From an uncultured Flavobacteriales bacterium (GTDB lineage Bacteria > Bacteroidota > Bacteroidia > Flavobacteriales > BACL11), in assembly GCA_950069165.1 (NCBI GenBank), contig CATMIT010000002.1, positions 1 to 41,375 on the forward strand: a stretch of 41,375 bases of DNA, in the 5' to 3' direction. Shown here in pieces: positions 32,633 through 39,700 of this stretch. Position 1 is the stretch's first letter, and every line of letters begins with the position of its first letter. The position numbers and the translations under genes are program-made. The notes beneath the pieces are model-generated. The model made no database searches, was not told the DNA's origin, and worked only from the letters and a program-made list of their open reading frames with translations.

Positions 32633-33007
32633 TTATTTTTTCGGCCTTTTAGTTCCGTATTTTGATCTTCTTTGTGTTCTTCCATCCACCCCTGTAGTAT
32701 CTAATGCGCCTCTTACGATATGATACCGAACTCCTGGTAAATCTTTTACTCTGCCACCTCTTACAAGCACAATAGAGTGCTCTTGCAATGCATGGCCCTC
32801 ACCACCTATGTAAGCGTTTACTTCATTTCCATTAGTAAGACGAACCCTTGCTACTTTCCTTAGTGCAGAGTTTGGTTTTTTAGGGGTTGTGGTATAAACC
32901 CTAGTACAAACTCCTCTTCTTTGAGGGCTGCTACCCAAGGCTAAGGACTTGCTTTTTTTAACTAGCTTTTGTCGGCCTTTTCTTATTAGTTGTTGTATCG
33001 TTGGCAT
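32633..33007 (-). CDS. rpsL: 30S ribosomal protein uS12
   Basis: 124 aa, [12 protein letters not shown]...[18 protein letters not shown]...[18 protein letters not shown]. Confidence 0.96.
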   Translation of the reverse strand: MPTIQQLIRKGRQKLVKKSKSLALGSSPQRRGVCTRVYTTTPKKPNSALRKVARVRLTNGNEVNAYIGGEGHALQEHSIVLVRGGRVKDLPGVRYHIVRGALDTTGVDGRTQRRSKYGTKRPKK

Positions 33008-33043
33008 AAAATATTATACTTTAATCCTTATTAAAATGGGCGG

Positions 33044-33051
33044 CAAATGTA
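33044..33051 (-). promoter_or_regulatory. candidate -7 box, TACATTTG (TAnnTTTG), for the rpsL-to-rplQ transcription unit
   Basis: The minus strand reads cgttttctgttgtattaataaattcaTACATTTGccgcccattttaataaggattaaagtataatattttATG. The box lies ~36 nt upstream of the rpsL ATG, downstream of the EF-G-paralog terminator. A T-rich segment sits ~20 nt upstream, where a -33 element would lie. Confidence 0.4.
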
Positions 33052-33112
33052 TGAATTTATTAATACAACAGAAAACGAAAAATTGTTTTTTTTACTATAA
33101 ACTTTTTGGGCA

Positions 33113-33141
33113 AGAAAAAAAAAGTGCCGAAAGGCACTTTT
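33113..33141 (-). terminator. intrinsic terminator after the EF-G paralog, insulating it from rpsL
   Basis: Minus-strand RNA: AAAGUGCC-uuuc-GGCACUUU followed by UUUUUU. The stem is perfect, with a tetraloop and a U-tract. On the plus strand the element is flanked by an A-run and a T-run, so it is formally bidirectional. Confidence 0.85.
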
Positions 33142-33191
33142 ATTCTGATTTTTGAGCTTAAAAATAGGTGTATTTTTTTGTTAAAAAAATG

Positions 33192-35300
33192 TTAATTTTG
33201 GGCCACCAATTTGCTTTGAACATCATTTGGGACAATTGCGTATTCGCTAAATCGGCTGGTAAAACTGCCTTTTCCTTGCGTAATGGATAACAATGCAGTG
33301 GAATATCTGTCCAGCTCAGCCAAAGGTGTTTTGGCTTTAATTATCTGATAATGCCCTTTGGCCTCCATCCCCAACACTACCGAGCGCCTCCCTTGCAAAT
33401 CGGTCATTACATCTCCCATCAAGTCTTCTGGCACCATTACCTCTAATTCCTGAACTGGCTCCATTAGTTTTGGTTTTGCATTTAAAAAAGCTTCACGGAA
33501 TGCCATTTTTCCAGCAATTTTAAAGGAGATATCATTGGAATCTACCGGATGCATTTTTCCATCATAGAGCATTACTCTAACATCTCTGATGTAAGATTTG
33601 GTTAATGGGCCTTCATTCATTAATTCCAAAATACCTTTTTGCACGGCAGGAATGTATCTTTCATCAATAACGCCACCTACTATACAATTATAGAAAACCA
33701 ACTTTCCGCCCCAATCTAGTTCTACTTCCTCCTTTTTTCTGACTTTATAATCGGTGGGTTCGGCCATGCCTTCTTTAAATGGCTCTATTTTGATGTAAAC
33801 CTCCCCAAACTGCCCAGCACCACCTGATTGTTTTTTGTGTTGGTAATTGGCAAGTGCAGAAGTGCGAATAGTTTCTCGATAAGATATTTTTGGTTGTTTG
33901 TAATCTATTACCAATTTGTATAAGTGCTTTAATCGCCATTTTACCAGTGAAAGGTGTAATTCGCCTTGCCCTTGAATAATGAGTTGCTTTAATTCCTTTG
34001 CATAAAATACTTTAATGGTTGGGTCTTCTCTTTGGATATCATCAAGCGCTTCACTTACTTTTTCTTCATTTGCCTCATCTTCCACTACTATTGCCATGGT
34101 AACTCTTGGTTCAGGAAATTCGATAGGACTAATAGCAAAATCTTCCCCTTTTTCGTGAAGAGTATGGTTGGTTTTAGTCGATTTTAATTTCAGGGTTGTG
34201 CCAATATCGCCAGCATAAATTTTATCCACCGGATTTCTTTTGTTGCCATCCATTACTTGCAACTGATTTATTCTTTCGGTATTTCCTGTTTGCTGATTTA
34301 CCAAATCTTTTCCAGTTTCAAGCACACCTGAAGTTACCTTGAAAAAAGACAAAACCCCCAAATGTGGTTCAATTACTGTTTTGAAAATAAAAAGGGAAAG
34401 TGGTCCATCAGAACTGCAAACAATATCAGCCCCTTTTTTGGATTGTTCGGCTGGCATATCAGCAGCAGATGGGCATACATTGGAAATAAATCCCATCATT
34501 CTTCCACTCCCCATATTGTGTTTTGCCGAAAGACAGAAAACAGGATACACATCATTTTTCATCATGCCAATTCTAAGTCCTTTTCGCATTTCATCTTCAT
34601 CTAATTCTCCTTTATCAAAATAAAGTTCCATTAAATCATCATCATTTTCGGCCGCTTTTTCTACCAGTTCATTGTGCAGTTTGTCTGCTTTTTCTTTTTC
34701 TTCTTCTGGAATTGGGTGCTTGGCAGGCTTTCCTCCTCCCTCTGGAAACTCATACATAACCATTTTCAGTAAATCAATTATTTTGTTGAAACCATCCCCT
34801 TGGTTTACTGGATATTGCATAATGGTTACCCCATTGCCGAAACTTTCTTTCATTCCAACAATAGCAGAATCAAAATCGGCCTGGGAATGATCAACTGCAT
34901 TGATGGCCAGAAGCATTGGTTTTTTATAATGCTGGATGTGATTCCAATGCAATTCTGTACCAACCTCTACGCCATTTTTGGCATTTATTAGCATTATACA
35001 AGTATCGGCAACACGCATGGAGGAGACTACTTCCCCAATAAAATCGTCAAAACCTGGTGTATCAATAATGTTGAGTTTGGTGCCTCTCCATTCGGTATGT
35101 AAGGAAGTAGCATAAACCGAATTGCCTCTATCGTGTTCTATTTCATGATAATCGGAAATGGTATTTTTTTCCTCCACTGTACCCCTACGCTTAATCACTC
35201 CTCCTTCAAACATCATGGTTTCGGCCAGGGTGGTTTTTCCTGATTTTGTGCTTCCGATAAGCACTAAGTTTTTAATATCGTTTGCCTGAAATACTTTCAT
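33192..35300 (-). CDS. EF-G paralog (EF-G2-like translational GTPase family member) with degenerate G3/G4 motifs
   Basis: 702 aa from the ATG at 35300 (MKVFQANDIKNLVLIGSTKSGKTTL...). The ORF-track start at 35348 is a TTG and is less likely. All five EF-G domains are recognisable (e.g. domain IV HKKQSGGAGQFG). G1 is GSTKSGKT, G3 is DTPGFDDF (His to Phe) and G4 is NAVD (Lys to Ala). Confidence 0.85.
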   Translation of the reverse strand: MKVFQANDIKNLVLIGSTKSGKTTLAETMMFEGGVIKRRGTVEEKNTISDYHEIEHDRGNSVYATSLHTEWRGTKLNIIDTPGFDDFIGEVVSSMRVADTCIMLINAKNGVEVGTELHWNHIQHYKKPMLLAINAVDHSQADFDSAIVGMKESFGNGVTIMQYPVNQGDGFNKIIDLLKMVMYEFPEGGGKPAKHPIPEEEKEKADKLHNELVEKAAENDDDLMELYFDKGELDEDEMRKGLRIGMMKNDVYPVFCLSAKHNMGSGRMMGFISNVCPSAADMPAEQSKKGADIVCSSDGPLSLFIFKTVIEPHLGVLSFFKVTSGVLETGKDLVNQQTGNTERINQLQVMDGNKRNPVDKIYAGDIGTTLKLKSTKTNHTLHEKGEDFAISPIEFPEPRVTMAIVVEDEANEEKVSEALDDIQREDPTIKVFYAKELKQLIIQGQGELHLSLVKWRLKHLYKLVIDYKQPKISYRETIRTSALANYQHKKQSGGAGQFGEVYIKIEPFKEGMAEPTDYKVRKKEEVELDWGGKLVFYNCIVGGVIDERYIPAVQKGILELMNEGPLTKSYIRDVRVMLYDGKMHPVDSNDISFKIAGKMAFREAFLNAKPKLMEPVQELEVMVPEDLMGDVMTDLQGRRSVVLGMEAKGHYQIIKAKTPLAELDRYSTALLSITQGKGSFTSRFSEYAIVPNDVQSKLVAQN

Positions 35301-35374
35301 AGTCGTAATATTTTTAAGTTTTGTTTTGCTTGTCTTGTTTTGCGACAATAAAAATAGAAATTTTTTATTAATCT

Positions 35375-35382
35375 CAAAATTA
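35375..35382 (-). promoter_or_regulatory. candidate -7 box, TAATTTTG, for the EF-G paralog
   Basis: The minus strand reads gtactttTAATTTTGagattaataaaaaatttc. This is an exact TAnnTTTG match ~75 nt upstream of the ATG at 35300. Confidence 0.35.
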
Positions 35383-35448
35383 AAGTACTTATATTTTTAG
35401 TTTAGCCCTCCCAAGAGAGTAATTTTTTATAAAAAGAAAATGCTAAAA

Positions 35449-35456
35449 TAATTTTG
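35449..35456 (+). promoter_or_regulatory. candidate -7 box, TAATTTTG, for the small HTH-like ORF
   Basis: The plus strand reads gctaaaaTAATTTTGaaaagtg. This is an exact TAnnTTTG match ~55 nt upstream of the ATG at 35511. It is divergent from the box at 35375-35382. Confidence 0.35.
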
Positions 35457-35510
35457 AAAAGTGAAAAAAATTGTTTTAACTTTATCGGCAACTAAAAAAA
35501 CCCAAAAACT

Positions 35511-35753
35511 ATGATTATTACATTCAATGAATTAAGAGAACTCAAGGACAAGTTGCCTGATGGCAGTATGAAAAAAATTGCAGATGAGTTAAATATGGAT
35601 GAAGATACGGTTAGAAATTATTTTGGAGGAACACATTATAAACAAGGAGAGGGCACCAGTGCTGGCATACATATAGAAAGAGGAAGAAATGGCGGCTATG
35701 TGCAAATTGATGATGATAGAATATTAGAAATTGCAAGAAGTATGATTAAATAA
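35511..35753 (+). CDS. small hypothetical protein with a probable helix-turn-helix
   Basis: 80 aa. The segment SMKKIADELNMDEDTVRNYF looks like a classic HTH (hydrophobic-x-x-I-A-x-x-L...T-V-x-x-Y). I recognise no family. Confidence 0.55.
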   Translation: MIITFNELRELKDKLPDGSMKKIADELNMDEDTVRNYFGGTHYKQGEGTSAGIHIERGRNGGYVQIDDDRILEIARSMIK

Positions 35754-35835
35754 CGAAAAACCATTCTCATTTTAAAATTATAAAATAAAATTCTTCAAAT
35801 TTTATTTATTCCTTTTTATAAAAATTAACTAATCA

Positions 35836-36780
35836 ATGAAAAAAATATTATTAGCTCTGGTCTGTATTCCTTTTATGAGTTTCTCGCAAATAGTAACGCC
35901 TTGCTTATCAACTGATACGGTTCTATGTGAACCTCATGCATATGATTATACATATCCTAGGGCAAGAGGATTCTGGTTTCAAGCAAAATCCTCATTTAAT
36001 ATTGTTGGGGTTAAGGCAGCTGATGGCAATCATCAAGGGGTCAATGCAACACATCAATCTATTGAGGTTATTAAGTTTGACACTATGCCCCAGACAGGTT
36101 CGTCTACTTTTAATCCACATACAGTATTGTTTTCGGCTATTAATGTACCGCATGTGTGGACATTGTGTAATGCACAGGTTGATTCTGGGGGATATTATGG
36201 TATCATAGGAGCAAAAAATGATTCGGCTCCAGCAACAACAGGGGGGATGATGTATAATTCTTATATATCTGGAACTTTAAAACTATTGCTAAACGGGGAT
36301 TCAACAGTAATACATAGAGCTGGAATCCAACTTTCTCTTGCATTTGGATCTCCACAAAATGGATATTATTTTGATGATGGATTGCATACACTTGGTAGAG
36401 TACATTTTATGATTAGCGCAGATAATACTCCTCAATTGCAAATTAATCAGATTGGACAAAACCTTGATGCTTCTGTGTTTGGTGGCTTGAGTCCTTATAC
36501 TTTTTATTGGAGTACAGGGGAGACAACACAAACGATAACTCCACAAACTAATGGTAATTATTGGCTTTTAGTTACCGATGCGAATGGATGTGTCTCTGAC
36601 ACTTCATATTTTAATGTAACCTTTATTTCTACTAACCTATACGCTTATCCAAAAAGTATAGATAAAAAACTAAATAGAATACTCAACGTTTTAGGAAAAC
36701 CAACAAAACCTAAAAATAACACTACCTTATTTTACATCTATGATGATGGAACAGTAGAGAAACGAATTGTTATTGAATAA
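35836..36780 (+). CDS. secreted protein of unknown function: unknown ~190-aa N-terminal domain, one SprB-like half repeat, and a short T9SS-CTD-like tail
   Basis: Signal peptide MKKILLALVCIPFMSFSQ. Residues ~210-261, LDASVFGGLSPYTFYWSTGETTQTITPQTNGNYWLLVTDANGCVSDTSYFNV, match the module repeated in the neighbouring adhesin. The C-terminus, NLYAYP...ILNVLGKP...LFYIYDDGTVEKRIVIE, resembles a shortened Por/T9SS sorting domain. Confidence 0.7.
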   Translation: MKKILLALVCIPFMSFSQIVTPCLSTDTVLCEPHAYDYTYPRARGFWFQAKSSFNIVGVKAADGNHQGVNATHQSIEVIKFDTMPQTGSSTFNPHTVLFSAINVPHVWTLCNAQVDSGGYYGIIGAKNDSAPATTGGMMYNSYISGTLKLLLNGDSTVIHRAGIQLSLAFGSPQNGYYFDDGLHTLGRVHFMISADNTPQLQINQIGQNLDASVFGGLSPYTFYWSTGETTQTITPQTNGNYWLLVTDANGCVSDTSYFNVTFISTNLYAYPKSIDKKLNRILNVLGKPTKPKNNTTLFYIYDDGTVEKRIVIE

Positions 36781-39700
36781 CTAACCGTTTATGATAAGTT
36801 TCACCATCCATTTTTACTTCCAAGAAGTAAATTCCTGAAGCTTTTTTACCTCTTTTAATGGTGAATTGCTCTGCATTTTTCAAATCGTGGGTTTCCAAAG
36901 CATTCCCACAAACATCTAATATTTTAATGGAAACCATTTCTTTATTTGCTCCAAAATCTAAAAGCGTTTCCTGCTTAAAAGGATTAGGATAAAGGGTAAA
37001 TTCTTCTGCCTCTATTTGTGTAATTGCAGTTATCACAATGGTGTTAGAAGCTTGTACACAACCATTGGCATCTGTTATGGTAAGGGTGTAAGCCCCAGAA
37101 TTATTTGCGTTTATATTATGGCTAGTTTGTCCGCTACTCCATTGGTAGGAATAGGAAGGCGTTCCGCCACTAACTGAACTTTGCAATTGATTGCCATTTT
37201 GTGTGATACTAACCACCACTGCTGTTGGCTCAGCAACTATAAAAGTATCGATTTTGTAGCAGTTGTTGTTGTCAGTTATATCCACTGAATAAGTGCCTGC
37301 ACTTAGGTTGTTTATAAAAGATGAAGAAGAAGAATTTGGATACCAGAAATAAGTAAAGTTTGGCGTACCACCGCTTGCAGCAGTTGTAATACTTCCGCTA
37401 CTTTGTCCGTTACAAAGCGCATCATTTACAGTGGCGTTTGTCATTATCTCAGTTGGTTGCGTTATGGTTATCGTGTCGGTAGTTGTACAGCCAGGATAAG
37501 AACCAAAAGAATCGGAATAATGGGCGAAAAGCACATAAGTTCCAGCTGATAAATTATCTGCAATAGTATCTGTTCCAAAACTATTTCCAACTAAATCTTC
37601 CCAACTATACGTATAGTTTGGTGCAGCCATTGGGCCTTGCACAGCAACAGAACCAGTTGGAACGCCATAACAAATAAGATGCTGCACAGTGGCAGGATCG
37701 ATAGTGGCATAAGTAGCAATAGTTGTACCAATAGTTTGTTGGCTATTTCCGCCTTGTATTAGAGTGCTTTGGCAGCCATTGTCATCTGTTAAACTTATGG
37801 TGTAAATGCCAGAGCAAATTCCCGGAAAAGTAATGGTATCACTTAAAATTTGAGAAATAATTACATTGGTTGTACTATTATTAGTTGCAATACCAAAGTA
37901 AGGAAAAGTTCCTCCTAAAATATCAAGGGTAACTGTTCCGTTACAAGCTCCTAAACAGCTTTCATTGGAGGAAAGATAGGAAGTATATTGCAATAAATCT
38001 GGCTCAGTAAGGTTGATGTATCGATTAATCAAACAGCCATTGGTATCTTCAATAGTTACAGAATATGCACCGGCAAAAAGGTTGTCAATACTATCATTGG
38101 TGGCGTTATAATTGTTCGGTCCGAACCATTGGTAAGTGTATGGCGCATGTGCGTCCCAAGTCGATACAATTGCCATGCCATCATTGGCTCCAAAACAACT
38201 CACTTCTACATTTCCATTGTAAAGTTGCGTATCAATTTTAGCGTCCATAGCATTTGTGTATGCACTAATATCTGTTGTATCTATTGCTATACATCCCCTA
38301 CTATCTGTTACTGTAATAGAATAAATTCCTGCCGCAAGCAAAGTAGCAGTTGGAGTGGTTTGAGGAATAGTAGGGTCATCAGACCAAACATAGCTGTAAT
38401 TTAGCGTTCCTCCACTTGCAATAGCTGTAAGAGAAGCAGAACTGACTCCCGTACAATAAGGATGAATAGTTAAGCTATCCATAATATTTACAATTAGTTC
38501 GAATGGTTGAGTAATTACCACAGTGTCCGAATTCATACATCCTTTGGCATCTGTAATGTAAACGGTATGCACGCCAGGAGTAAGATTAAAAGCAGTATCG
38601 CCTGTTTGTCCGTTAATGCTATCCCAACTAAAAGTATAAGGAATAGTTCCTCCTATGCCAATTGCTGTGGCTATTCCATTAGCAAAACTATAACAAGTTA
38701 CATGAGCAACTTTTGTAGCCTCTGTTTCTAAAACATCAGGATCGGAAATGAAAACGCTATCTACTACCCTACAACCCAATTGATCTTCAATTATTACATA
38801 GTAAGAACCAAATAGAAGTCCTGAATTGGTGTCTGGCTGAATAGTATTTGTATGACCATTACTCCAATCGTAAGAGTGAGATAAAATACCTCCAGTACTT
38901 ATAATACTAACTGCTCCATCATTTCCGCCATGGCAACTAACATTCTGAATGATAGTGATACTGTCCTGAATTAATGGGTTTTCATAAATTGTTATGGTAT
39001 CCATAATGGTACAACCCAAATCATCCGTAATCCAAACCGTATGAAGGCCAGCAGCAAGGTCAGAAATTATTGGCGAACTTACCGCAATATCATCCCATAT
39101 GTACGCATAAGCAGGAACACCACCAGAAACAATTACTTGCACTTGCCCAGTACTATCGCCAAAGCAATCCACATCATTTATTTTATTTAAGATAGCAATT
39201 AGCGGATTTGTCGGTTCGCTCACCACATTGGAATAACTTTCAAAACAACCAGCATTATCATAAATATGCAATTCATAACTTCCTACTGACAAATTATTCA
39301 AACTATCTCTTGTAATATCAACAGTAGGGCTTGCAGTTCTTAGTGTGTCAGGACCAGAAAGCCAAACATAAGTGTAAGGGGCATAACTACCTCCGGCAGA
39401 TGCCACTATAAAACCTGTGCTATCGCCTTTACAGGAAACATCCATAATTTGTATGGAAGCTGTAAGCGGAGTTTGTGGATGTACCACATTAACTGTTTTG
39501 AAAGTATCGCACCCTAGCGCATCTGTGATTTCTACAAAATAAGAACCAGCATGCAAATCCGTCACGCTAGCATTGTTAGAAAAAGAAACTTGTGCGGCAT
39601 TGTACCACTCAAAGCTATAAGGTATCGTTCCGCCAGCCCCCCAAGCATTAGCCACTCCATTGGAGTCTCCATAACAAATAGCAACCGAATCGGAAGTAAT

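Noticed and set aside
35301-35348. 16-codon N-terminal extension of the EF-G paralog (MSQNKTSKTKLKNITT)
   Set aside because: The extension starts at a TTG. EF-G family proteins begin a few residues before the P-loop, as the ATG at 35300 does (MKVFQANDIKNLVLIGSTKSGKT). It is retained only as an alternative.
35780-35815. AT-only hairpin (ataaaatt-cttca-aattttat) downstream of the small HTH ORF, considered as a terminator
   Set aside because: The stem is entirely A-T, so predicted stability is very low, and the following T-tract is interrupted. It cannot be told apart from background in this AT-rich spacer.
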